This document shows, one piece after another, positions 34,339 to 45,300 of a stretch of 49,847 nt of DNA. The notes below the pieces were generated by a model, which saw nothing but the letters and a program-made list of their open reading frames with translations, made no database searches and was not told where the DNA came from. Numbering within the stretch: the first letter of the stretch is position 1; each line of letters begins with the position of its first letter. Position numbers and translations under genes: made by a program. Source of the stretch: Stramenopiles sp. TOSAG23-2 (taxonomy: Eukaryota); the NCBI GenBank assembly GCA_900128395.1, contig LT649270.1, forward strand, positions 1 through 49,847, in the 5' to 3' direction.

Positions 34339-35794
34339 ATGCCAATTAAAAAGAAAACTAGAATAAGTAGATCGAATTCAACACCATTGCATCATCGTTT
34401 CAATGTTCATGATTATAAAAATACAAACAAAATACCACATATCAATGAAATTTTAACATATCATATTGATAAATTCGACAAGCAAAATAATGTCACAGGT
34501 GGCAAATCAAGGCAATCCCCAATGCTTGGTATGGGTAGATTGCAAAAGTTAAAGTTTGAACAACGTGGAAAAGGTGCAGTGGTGAAAAAAAAAAGATGGC
34601 CTTGGTCCACGTGAACCTCGTGAAGTCACGATATCACAAGCAAAACGTTTCCAAGTATTATTTACTGGTGTTATTGATCCAGATCCAGCAAGGCAACAAG
34701 CAACGACAAACTTATTAAATAAATTTTTCGAAGCAGCGCCAAAGTCACAAAAAAGACCAGTAACCGTTGGACCGCGTATACGGTATTCACAACCAGATTA
34801 TTTTTTATTGCCAGACGAAGAGCCATTGACAAAACCAGTCATATTTCATAAAAATCGACGTTTTGAAGATGAATCGAAAAAATTTAAAGATCCAGGGCAA
34901 GAGAAACTAAGTTCGACGCTTGATGTTGATTCCAGAGCATGGAATCACATGTCTGCATATATCCAATCCCCGACTAAAAGTATACGAAGGAAACCGTTGA
35001 AATTAGACAATCCACCACATTGTTATATAACTTCAAAACATAAAGTGAAACCATTCGTTGATACGTCGTTGTTAGCATACCATACACAATTTCAATCTAA
35101 ACGTGATCGTTTTCAAAAAGAATTTTCAACAAAAGGCGATGCGCCTGGACCAGGCACATACCCATACCCGCGCGATAGTTGCAAAATAAAAGATCCAAAA
35201 CGCAATACATCTAGCTTTGTGCAACTGTCATACAAACCAACAAAAAAACCAATTAAAAAAGGATATACGCGACCAATAGATCATAACGAAACAATGAAAA
35301 CAATCATTGCAAGAAGAAGACACATGGTGTCATACAAACCAACAAAAAAACCAATTAAAAAAGGATATACGCGACCAATAGATCATAACGAAACAATGAA
35401 AACAATCATTGCAAGAAGAAGACACATGGAATTACCATTTCCAAAACGTAGATTTACTCCAAAACCAAAAAAGCAAAATAAAAATTTAGGCCCAGGAGAA
35501 TACGAAAATACTTTAAATGGATGGGAATTTTGTCGTGGTAAAGAACGTTTTCATAAATTCAATTTAGGTGGTATGTCTAGATATGGTAGTAGTGGTGGTA
35601 CCACTGTTGATACTATTTTAAATAATTTCGATCCAAATGAACCACGAAAACATAAATGGCCTAGAGATGGATTTGATATAGATCCAGCTATTGTAAAGAG
35701 TACTGATTTTTGGAAAATTGAAAGACAACAAAATGGTGGTAAAGCTGATAGTGATGATGATACAGACGAAGAGGATGATTGGGAATATGAATAA
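34339..35794 (+). CDS. SHIPPO/ODF3 (PGPG-repeat)-like ciliary protein, split by a +1 frameshift in an A10 run
   Basis: Removing one A from 34585-34594 joins the 34339 ORF (…GAVVKKK) to an open frame DGLGPREPREV…, which runs into the 34808 ORF. APGPGTYP and LGPGEYE motifs are present. Confidence 0.65.
35226..35429. repeat. Perfect tandem duplication, period 102 bp (in frame)
   Basis: tgtcatacaaacc...cacatgg at 35226 and 35328, giving a 34 aa repeat in the ORF. Confidence 0.95.
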
Positions 35795-35990
35795 AAAAAA
35801 ACGAAAAAAAAAACCCTTCTTGACGGTAAATATATACCACGCGCGTACCAACATATTAAATTTTTATAAATTTTGATACAGACGAAGAGGATGATTGGGA
35901 ATATGAATAAAAAAAAACGAAAAAAAAAACCCTTCTTGACGGTAAATATATACCACGCGCGTACCAACATATTAAATTTTTATAAATTTT
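35758..35990. repeat. Perfect tandem duplication, period 116 bp
   Basis: tgatacagacgaagagg...tataaatttt at 35758 and 35874, spanning the stop codon. Confidence 0.95.
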
Positions 35991-36065
35991 TTATTAATGG
36001 CGTGTGTACATAAAATATGCATATTAATTTTTTGTAGTTCGTACGAAGTTCGTAGCCTAATAGCG

Positions 36066-36440
36066 TGTAGAGTATTAGTTTGCAGAGGTGCATTAGGAGC
36101 TTTACCTATATATGTGTTTTTCTCTTACTCATATGTTATATAAAATTCTTTTACTCCCGTTTATTAACATCTCAAATCAAAAATGATTTATAAATTTTAG
36201 TAAAAATTATTTAGTATTCAAAAGATGTTTCCGCTGTCTGTGATTCAGAGCTAAATGAAAGAGGTCCTCCTTCATAAAGTTGTAAATCACACTTTACCTA
36301 TATTTATGATAGAATTGTTATTTTCTTGAAATTGAAAATTGAGTATATTGAGCACATAAATATTAGTTTTAATTTAGCACGGGGGAATTAAAATTATTAT
36401 TTAACGTGTTGTAACTTAGATTTTAACCACCATTTTCACA
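36066..36440. repeat. Dispersed repeat family, copy 2 (longest)
   Basis: Shares tgtagagtattagtttgcagaggtgcattag (31 bp identical) with 49421-49451 and 73 bp with 13284-13356. The taacttagattttaaccac motif is shared with both other copies. Confidence 0.85.
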
Positions 36441-36659
36441 CATGTATTTTTTAAAAAAAATTACAAAATCGCATTAGAGCACACCAATAAGTCTTTTTTT
36501 TATTTAAAAATTTTAAATGTGTCATAATAAAAATTAATGGGTAAAATCTAAAATCGGTGTTTAGTTTTAATTTAAGACTCTTTTAATAAAATTGCTGCAG
36601 ATAAAAATTAAACCCTGACACCTCACATGTATTTTAATTTTTTCCCTGCTTCCTTCCTT

Positions 36660-36939
36660 TTAATCTATCATTGCAACACGTGACTTTTTCTTCTTCTTTT
36701 TTTCACCTTTATTTTTACTGCTTTTTGGTGACAATTTCCCACTTCCGCTATTGGTACGACTACTGCTTTTCGTATCCCGACCAACAGAACATTTCTTTTT
36801 TTTCTTCTTTTTTTCACCTTTATTTTTACTGCTTTTTGGTGACAATTTCCCACTTCCGCTATTGGTACGACTACTGCTTTTCGTATCCCGACCAACAGAA
36901 CATTTCTTTTTTTTCTTCAATGTATTAGCAATTGCTATT

Positions 36940-36974
<35 letters not shown>

Positions 36975-38132
36975 TACATTCTCATATTTTTTCACTTGTA
37001 TAGCTAATCTAATATTTTTGACTCTAAATATAGAATAAGAATTGTCAAATATTAGTTTTACATTTGTATCATTTTCATCTGGTGGCCTAAATTTGCCAAA
37101 GCCACTCTGTTTACATATTTTATATGGTTGTAGCGTGTACGAATGAAACGACATGTTAGAGAGAGGATTTTAATTATAATCTCCAGGCTTGGGGTAATAA
37201 AATTTACTTACATTGCATCGAATATAAGCTCGCACAGGCTTTTCATCGTAAAACACAGAAAAACCAATATCAGCAGTTTCAAGTTTAAAATCCCATGTTA
37301 TTTCCGTATTTATATCAGCAGATATTGTGTGTTCATATTTTTGACGATTTTTGACTGTAATATCTAGCCGTGGTATGTTAGAATCCAATCTACGAGGAGG
37401 TGATGCAATTATAACACTTCCACCTCGTACAGCCTTTTTAAATCGTGGAGGAGATGGACTGTTTGTTTGGATTTTTTTGGCATCTTTGGATTGAGTGGTA
37501 TCATTGTTTTCATTATCACCATTGTTCGATACAGAATTGGTGCTATTGCTATTGTTCAATTCGATTTTAGCACGTGTTAATTCATTTTGAAATTTTAACA
37601 CTAGATGTTCCAACACTTCCACTTCCCGTCTTAGCTCTTGATTTTCTTGCAAAACACTTTTATAATTATTCGCAATCAAGTTACGCTTTCCTTCCATTTC
37701 ACGAACTTTTGCCTTCAAATAATTAGGCGCATCTTCCATTAATTTGGCTACAGAATAATTTGCGCTTTCAAGTTCCATTTGCAACGTCATTAAACGCTGA
37801 GCATCTTTTACAACTTTATCCATCATTGCATTTTTGTCTTTATTAGCTAGATTTAATTCCTCCTCCTTTTTTTTCAATTCGGTAGCCTTTTCTTCATATT
37901 TTTCTTCCAACACTTGGAATTGTGCCTCTTGCTGTTGAAACAACGTCGTAGATTTAATTTTATATTCATTTATTGATTCGTTTTCATTAGTTTCTTTTCC
38001 TTGATCCTCGCCAGTATTTTCATCTGGATCTTCATTTGATAACATTGGCGGTGGTAAGGATGGTGGTAATAATAATATATCAACCTTTTCGTCATCATCA
38101 TTGACAATATCATCATTCTCAACAGTCGTTGC

Positions 38133-38165
<33 letters not shown>

Positions 38166-39425
38166 GTCAATATTATCATTATCCACTTTATTGATTTCTT
38201 TCGTTTTCTCCTCTGTTGTTGACGTTATCTTATTTTTTATATCACCTACATCATCATTGGCTTCAAAATTATTTTTAAACGATTTAAAACGTTCTAATGC
38301 ATTTTCCAGTAATTTACCTAAACGCTTTTCCCGCGCTTGTGAATTTAATAATTCTACTTCAAGTTTTTTCAATCTCGCTTTTAACTCGGCAGGGCTAGCT
38401 TCACTATTTACAACTGCTTTGTTTTTAATATTTTTCGCCCGTCTACCAAAACGCAATGTACTCAATGTTTCATAATCATTGTCAGATGATGGAGAACAGC
38501 ATAATATCAAACAAGTGATCGAATTTCCACCAAGATTTTCTCTTAAAATACGCGTTAATTTACTATCGCGATAAGGTACATGTGAACGAGATCGTTCCTC
38601 AGTCAATGCATTTATGACATTTCCCAGAGCAGATAAAGAGCGATTAATACTTTTCGCTTCTTCTAAACGATCTCCTTTTGCACCTGTTTTTCGAACCATT
38701 TCACTACCAGCTAAATCCACTAAAACAAGCCTTGATGACAATTTGATGCCACTACTCTCATTTGCTTGGATTAAATCGATTAAAAATAGACTATGTGATC
38801 TAGATGAGCCAGCATTCATACCAGTTGCTGCAACTTTTCTATTATTATTTCCTCGTTCCATAACTTCGTTCATTTCATCTTGGGATGTTACATATATTTG
38901 TGTTGACCCAATAATATCAGTTCTACCTTCTGTAGAAGATGTACGTAAATTCAAATTATTCTTTTCAATATCTAATAAATCTCGTATTTTTTCATTATAA
39001 ATTTCTACATAAGAACAACAAATACTAAATTCAACTGATGCTTCAGTGGATAATGCATGTGTAAAAATAGAATCAACAACTCTAGGAATAATTCCTCGTG
39101 AAGTATCGTTTCCATTCATTGTATGTGTTTTACCTGCTCCAGTTTGCCCATAAGCTAATAAGCAACCGTTTTTACCTTTTAAAAATTCTTCAATGATAGG
39201 TTTACCAGCTAGGTCATATACATCTTGTTGGGATGAATCTTCCGATAATATTTGATCAAATGAGAAAACGTGTTTATCACTATCTAAGGATTCCAAAGAT
39301 ACCGTCGTTGATACCCCGTGCCCATCTTTAATAATATTGACACATTTGTTTCCACCATTTTTCTTTTCCTTTGATGATTGTGGTCTAAATCTTAAACACA
39401 CTTTGATCTCATCCGTGGATGACAT
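36660..39425 (-). CDS. Kinesin (kinesin-1-like N-terminal motor) with a coiled-coil stalk and C-terminal GOLD domain, 2 exons
   Basis: Motor motifs GQTGAGKT, SSRSH, LVDLAGSE and HVPYRDSKLTR. Intron 37107-37211 (GTAAGT...CTAAC...CAG) joins ITWDFKLETADIGFSV...RCN to SGFG...VKLIFDNSYSIFRVKNI, a GOLD-type signature. Polybasic tail. Confidence 0.9.
36691..36918. repeat. Perfect tandem duplication, period 111 bp (in frame)
   Basis: The 37 aa KKKKKCSVGRDTK...KNKGE is duplicated; cacc occurs at 36704 and 36815. Confidence 0.9.
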
Positions 39426-40153
39426 TTTACTTATTTATATATTTATATATATAAATATATAAATAAGTAAAATGTCATCCACGGATGAGATCAAAGTGTG
39501 TTTAAGATTTAGACCACAATCATCAAAGGAAAAGAAAAATGGTGGAAACAAATGTGTCAATATTATTAAAGATGGGCACGGGGTATCAACGACGGTATCT
39601 TTGGAATCCTTAGATAGTGATAAACACGTTTTCTCATTTGATCAAATATTATCGGAAGATTCATCCCAACAAGATGTATATGACCTAGCTGGTAAACCTA
39701 TCATTGAAGAATTTTTAAAAGGTAAAAACGGTTGCTTATTAGCTTATGGGCAAACTGGAGCAGGTAAAACACATACAATGAATGGAAACGATACTTCACG
39801 AGGAATTATTCCTAGAGTTGTTGATTCTATTTTTACACATGCATTATCCACTGAAGCATCAGTTGAATTTAGTATTTGTTGTTCTTATGTAGAAATTTAT
39901 AATGAAAAAATACGAGATTTATTAGATATTGAAAAGAATAATTTGAATTTACGTACATCTTCTACAGAAGGTAGAACTGATATTATTGGGTCAACACAAA
40001 TATATGTAACATCCCAAGATGAAATGAACGAAGTTATGGAACGAGGAAATAATAATAGAAAAGTTGCAGCAACTGGTATGAATGCTGGCTCATCTAGATC
40101 ACATAGTCTATTTTTAATCGATTTAATCCAAGCAAATGAGAGTAGTGGCATCA
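38744..40153. repeat. Perfect spacerless palindrome, two 705 bp arms
   Basis: The arms are reverse complements about a centre at 39448/39449, inside an (AT)n tract. The first mismatch is at 38743/40154. Confidence 0.97.
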
Positions 40154-40158
40154 TTTAG
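39472..40158 (+). pseudogene. Inverted truncated copy of the kinesin 5' region (probably an amplification chimera)
   Basis: Identical to the first 227 aa of the kinesin and stops before switch II (DLAGSE). Confidence 0.8.
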
Positions 40159-40161
40159 ACC

Positions 40162-41481
40162 ATGATACACTCAAAATCGTCACCATTGAACGTGACAAAA
40201 ATAAACATAAATGAGCAACAACCCGATCTATCATTAATATTGACGAGAAGACGTTCAAGTGTACAACGCAATTTAGAAAAATTACAAAAACGATTTCAAC
40301 ATTTGAATTCACCACCATCAAAAAATACAACAAATAATGTTGATATACCGTTAAAATTTCGTCGCAGACAATCCACAGCGATCATGGAGAAAACAACGTA
40401 TAAAGCAAAAGATAGTTTTACTTTGAAAAACAACAATAATTTCAGCCACAATACTACGGACTATCCGCTAAATGTATCCAATGATTTTTTAAGAGATTTG
40501 AGAAATGACTTTGTATTGCCAGAAGAGCAAAAAAACGACAATATAAGCAATAACGAGTTGTACAGCGATCAAAATCTATTGAAACGCGAATCGTTAAAAT
40601 TTGATAAAGGCATACGAGGTGTGTTGACGAAATTGTGGCTTCTAGTTGATAGCAATAATGATAATACTATAGAAAAACACGAATATTATGAATTACACCG
40701 TCGTTTATTACGTGCTTTAGTCGGTGTAGTATCCGTGGAAGAGGAACGTGTTATGTGCGATGAAGATTGGATACAAGATATTGGTATTAGTAATATCGAT
40801 TGCGATGAAAACAAAAGCACAATTGAAAATATTATGACTAAAAAGCAATTCATAAATGCATTTTTTCGAATGGTTGATTTATGGACTGAAAAAATATGCG
40901 TAGATGAATATTATACATTCTTATCAGATGCATTTAATCGTATCTCGATGCCAGATGGCATTGGTGGATATATGTTTAAAAATATAGACGATGTAAAACG
41001 ACGTTCTAGACGTGCTTCAATGATTGTCATCAATGGTAAGGTGTGTTTGAGTGAACCAAAGGGAAATGTCCCAAAGAAAAAGAAGAAGAAAAAGAAACTT
41101 AAGAAACAAGATAATGAAGGGTGGTGGTGTAGATTATATGGCACGGGTCCATGGTGGAACCGTTTAAAAGGAGTGAAAAAAAGTACAAAAAGCAAGAAGA
41201 ATCCCCATCATCATCAACAACAACATATCCTTCACCATTATTATCACGAGAAAAATATTGTGCCACCATTAGTTAATTCAAGTAAACTTGTCACTACTGC
41301 TATATCTTATAAGAGGAACCCCGCCCCTACATATTATAATATGGAGCTAAACAAACCGTTGAAACAACAAGAACGTAAAACAAAGATGACTTTTTCTAAC
41401 TGCATGAATAATGGCGATAACAATAATGCTGAGATTATTAGCAACTCTCTAGGTAATAATAAAATTAATAATCCATCTTAA
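40162..41481 (+). CDS. EF-hand-containing protein (possibly 5'-truncated)
   Basis: EF loop DSNNDNTIEKHE followed by D.W..D and F..AFFRMVDLWT...DEYYTFL. The ORF starts 9 bp after the palindrome end. Confidence 0.7.
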   Translation: MIHSKSSPLNVTKININEQQPDLSLILTRRRSSVQRNLEKLQKRFQHLNSPPSKNTTNNVDIPLKFRRRQSTAIMEKTTYKAKDSFTLKNNNNFSHNTTDYPLNVSNDFLRDLRNDFVLPEEQKNDNISNNELYSDQNLLKRESLKFDKGIRGVLTKLWLLVDSNNDNTIEKHEYYELHRRLLRALVGVVSVEEERVMCDEDWIQDIGISNIDCDENKSTIENIMTKKQFINAFFRMVDLWTEKICVDEYYTFLSDAFNRISMPDGIGGYMFKNIDDVKRRSRRASMIVINGKVCLSEPKGNVPKKKKKKKKLKKQDNEGWWCRLYGTGPWWNRLKGVKKSTKSKKNPHHHQQQHILHHYYHEKNIVPPLVNSSKLVTTAISYKRNPAPTYYNMELNKPLKQQERKTKMTFSNCMNNGDNNNAEIISNSLGNNKINNPS

Positions 41482-42688
41482 ATGGGTCAATACCTTCTAT
41501 TTCAATATTACGATATTTCATCATTTTGGCAAGCAATTCAACTTTTTTCGATTTGCCATATGGATGGTAGATAAACGTAGCAGTTTTCATATTCTCATAG
41601 ATCTCGTTATCATCCATGATATTAATATTATAATCATCATCATCATGTACATTTGTATTTAATAATGAGGGTGACAATACAGCTGTATGTACAAACAATT
41701 TAATAGGATCTCCACCATCCTTTGTAAAATATGGCTCTTCAATTATTAGATTCAATCCTTCTGCATAGCGCTTTAATACACGTATTAGTGCAGATTGCTC
41801 AAAATGTGGTACATGAAAATATTTCTTTTCTTTCCATACTTCATCGAATATTTTCAATGACCAATCACAAACTCGTATTAATATTACACCGCAATTAATT
41901 AACATGCTTTGATCCTCAGCAACTATCAAATCGCGATTTTCACCAAGTTTAACAATATCTTGTAACCTTATTTTATCATTAACAACACATGCATCTGCAT
42001 CAATCCATGCAATGTAAGTGTTTCCTTTCATAACATCGTCGTCGTCACCACCACCATCATCAACACTTTTATTGTTACAATAATCATGATGGGAAGATAA
42101 TAGTGATAATTCCTTTTTCATAAACTTTAATATCATATATACTTTATACCATGTGCAATGATTTCTGTTACCTAATATAGATGGTAATGTCTCAGGATCA
42201 ATTTTTTCCTCTACAAATTGATAATTGTGCAAATTACAATATTTTTTATTAATAGCACTACATAATGTACCAATGGTATAATTTTGTGTATATGCTGTCA
42301 ATACAATAAATTTATTACTGCTGGTGGTGGTGGTCGAGGTACTATCAGCATTATTATTATTACTACTAGTGGTAATATTACTATTTTGATCACCACGAGC
42401 ATAAACAAGATATTCACTCAAAATATTTTTTGTTGTAGATTCCAGCGAAATAATTTCTTTTGATAAGTTTATAATTAATTCATTTTTACATATTTTAATA
42501 CATGATGTTATTTTTTGTTTCTCCATTTTGGTCAAGTCTCGCTTTAAAAAAACAGTTTTGATTTTGATCATCACTTCATTATATTTAATATTGCGTATCA
42601 TTTGTTTCCGTGCTGCTGTTGATATTACTTTTTCTTTCGTTGTAACTATCACAATATTTTCCATTACTTGCTTTACAATTTCTTCCAT
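41465..42688 (-). CDS. Glycosyltransferase family 34 (GMA12/MNN10-like)
   Basis: Motifs NKKYC..HNY, WYKV, WIDADA (DxD), INCGVILIR..DWS and EQSAL. The first ATG is at 42688, but the frame stays open up to the cysteine synthase TGA at 42794. Confidence 0.85.
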   Translation of the reverse strand: MEEIVKQVMENIVIVTTKEKVISTAARKQMIRNIKYNEVMIKIKTVFLKRDLTKMEKQKITSCIKICKNELIINLSKEIISLESTTKNILSEYLVYARGDQNSNITTSSNNNNADSTSTTTTSSNKFIVLTAYTQNYTIGTLCSAINKKYCNLHNYQFVEEKIDPETLPSILGNRNHCTWYKVYMILKFMKKELSLLSSHHDYCNNKSVDDGGGDDDDVMKGNTYIAWIDADACVVNDKIRLQDIVKLGENRDLIVAEDQSMLINCGVILIRVCDWSLKIFDEVWKEKKYFHVPHFEQSALIRVLKRYAEGLNLIIEEPYFTKDGGDPIKLFVHTAVLSPSLLNTNVHDDDDYNINIMDDNEIYENMKTATFIYHPYGKSKKVELLAKMMKYRNIEIEGIDPFKMDY

Positions 42689-42793
42689 ATTGATATTATT
42701 TTCTTGTTCTACTTCCACTGTTGTTGTTGTTGTTGTTGTTTGTGGTGGAAAGGAAAGGAGAGAGGAAGATGCCGAGGTAGTAGAAATTGATTG

Positions 42794-44535
42794 TCATAAG
42801 GAAGGTTGTTTTCCTGAATTTGTATTCATCATTTTCATGATCATCATCTTCTTCTTCTTCTTGTTATTATCATCACCATTGCTGCTTCTACTAATAGTTG
42901 GTGGTATTTTTAAATTATATTTTTTTAAATAATCATAATTCCAAAATTTAGTCAAATGACGTTGACCACCATCACATAATATAGTAACAATTGTATGGCC
43001 AGGACCAATTTGTTTACAATATTCAACAACTGCAGCACAATTTAATGACGACGAGCTACCGATAAATATTCCTTCATTCCGCAATATATAATGTGCCATA
43101 TCCACACACTGTTGATCAGTAATACGAATTGCATCATCAATATATTTCTCACCAATTAAAAAATTACCAACTAATCGATCAATACCAACACCTTCTGTAA
43201 TAGTGTCAAAACGATGACGTTCCAATTTTCGTTCCGCTTGTTGTGGTGCATATGCTATACCATCCTTTACACGATGGTATAAAACAGATCCAGTTGGATC
43301 CGCTAAAATAATTTTGACCCCACCTTCCCCTTTCTTTTCTTTTAAATACGTCCCAACACCCGATATAGTCCCGCCTGTTCCAGCTCCCATAATAAAAGCA
43401 TCAACTTGACCATTTGTTTGCTCATAAATTTCTTTACCTGTACCATTATAATGTGCACGAAAATTTGCTAGATTTTCAAATTGATCCGTATAAAATGCAC
43501 CTTTCGTCGTATCTGCAATTTTTTTCGCTACATTATTATAATGTTTATCATTAACAATTGATGCTGGGTCAACCGTTTTTACCTGTAACGGACAACGCGA
43601 CAAAAAGTTTGTAAAGCGATCCGTATAAAATGCACCTTTCGTCGTATCTGCAATTTTTTTCGCTACATTATTATAATGTTTATCATTAACAATTGATGCT
43701 GGGTCAACCGTTTTTACCTGTAACGGACAACGCGACAAAAAGTTTGTAAAGCGCAGCGTAGGAGGTGATAAATGTATTTATTATTACATGTTAGATCGAC
43801 AACGGTTACTGTATATATATAATATTATTATTATACTTACTATTGCACCAAATTTTTTTAACAAATCTGTTTTTTCTTTTGCTGCATCATTTGGCATAAC
43901 AATATGGCATTTGTAACCCCTTGATGCTGCCATTAATGAAAGCGATATACCTGTACTACTATTATTATTATACTTACTATTGCACCAAATTTTTTTAACA
44001 AATCTGTTTTTTCTTTTGCTGCATCATTTGGCATAACAATATGGCATTTGTAACCCCTTGATGCTGCCATTAATGAAAGCGATATACCTGTACTACCTGC
44101 TGTACCTTCTACGATGGTACCACCTTTTTTTAGATGTCCTGATTTTTCAGCTTCAAGAACCATTTGCTTTGCTATCCTATCCTTTGAGGAACCACCAGGA
44201 TTCAAAAATTCACACTTTGCATATATTCTATTAGATGTTAATTTAGATAACGATTTCAATTCAATTAATGGTGTTTGCCCGATTAATTGCGGTAATGCTG
44301 ATTGTTGCGAGGTAGTTGTATCTCCTCTGGTGAAAGTTGCTTCATTAATTGTCTTATTGTTTGTTCGTCCTGTAAGTATTGGTTTTGATGATACTTTATT
44401 GACATTATCATTATTATTATTAGTGTTGTTGTAATTATTATTTTTATATAATAATTGTTGTTTATTGATATATTTATTGCGTAGAACAATGTATGATGTT
44501 GTACCAATTGTTAATAATACATAATATGATGACAT
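42794..44535 (-). CDS. Cysteine synthase 2-like PLP enzyme (MCY1/cys12 type) with an N-terminal hydrophobic anchor, intron-containing
   Basis: Motifs IGQTPL, KCEFLNPGGSSKDR (PLP lysine), EGTAGSTGI, DQFENLAN..AHY.GTG.EI, GAGTGGTISG, RHRFDTITEGVG and TILCDGGQRHL. Splicing 43977 to 43583 (or 43840 to 43718 after de-duplication) restores the frame. Confidence 0.9.
43483..43753. repeat. Perfect tandem duplication, period 135 bp, including an intron acceptor
   Basis: gatccgtataaaatgc...gtaaagc at 43483 and 43618. Confidence 0.95.
43718..43840 (-). other. Spliceosomal intron carrying a sequence shared with the 46454-46877 intron
   Basis: GTAAGT...TTGTCGATCTAACATGTAATAATAAAT...CTCCTACGCTGCGCTTTACAAACTTTTT...TTACAG; phase 0. 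Confidence 0.85.
43823..44096. repeat. Perfect tandem duplication, period 137 bp, including an intron donor
   Basis: tattattattatacttac...ctgtactac at 43823 and 43960. Confidence 0.95.
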
Positions 44536-44737
44536 TTCTTTCAAAGTTTGTTGACGAAACAATAAGTAATTTGTATGTTATTGATTTCTATCAGAAAGAT
44601 ATAATGTCTTGTATATATGTATTTTAATAATACATAATATGATGACATTTCTTTCAAAGTTTGTTGACGAAACAATAAGTAATTTGTATGTTATTGATTT
44701 CTATCAGAAAGATATAATGTCTTGTATATATGTATTT
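44511..44737. repeat. Perfect tandem duplication, period 113 bp
   Basis: ttaataatacataatatgatgac... at 44511 and 44624. Confidence 0.95.
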
Positions 44738-45300
44738 GCTTTCTGCTTTGTTCTATTATCTACTATTATTATTAATTAAATTTGTGTGTTCTGCAGTCCA
44801 GCTGGCCAGGCAGTTTTAAAAGTTATGACGAAATAAAAAATTTATTCTAAAATCATAAAAATTATTATTTTGTATTTAAATTAATTTATTAATGATAAAA
44901 TAACTATTATTACGCTATTATTTTGTTTAAAATAAAAAATAAATTATAAACAATGATTATTTAAATAATGCTTTTCAATAGTTTTTACATTTTTTTACGT
45001 TATTATTAACTGTTATATCCGTAATTAATAATTAAAAAAGAAAATTAAAATTAAAAAATTAAAATTTAAATCCAATTTAATGATTTTTGAAATAATATTT
45101 AACTTATATCACTTATAATTAACCATAAAGAAATTATTTTGATCAAAATTAACATTTTAAAAATTTTTATAATTTTTTCACATTTTTTTCAATTTTGTTT
45201 TTCTACTGTCGTTTACCACCAAATTCAAAAACATAATAAAGCAAAATAATATTAAATAATATATATAATGTTGCTAATGAATAAGTATGTATAAATACAG

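Noticed and set aside
39472-40158. Second functional kinesin gene
   Set aside because: Fully identical inverted arm truncated before switch II; consistent with a fold-back chimera.
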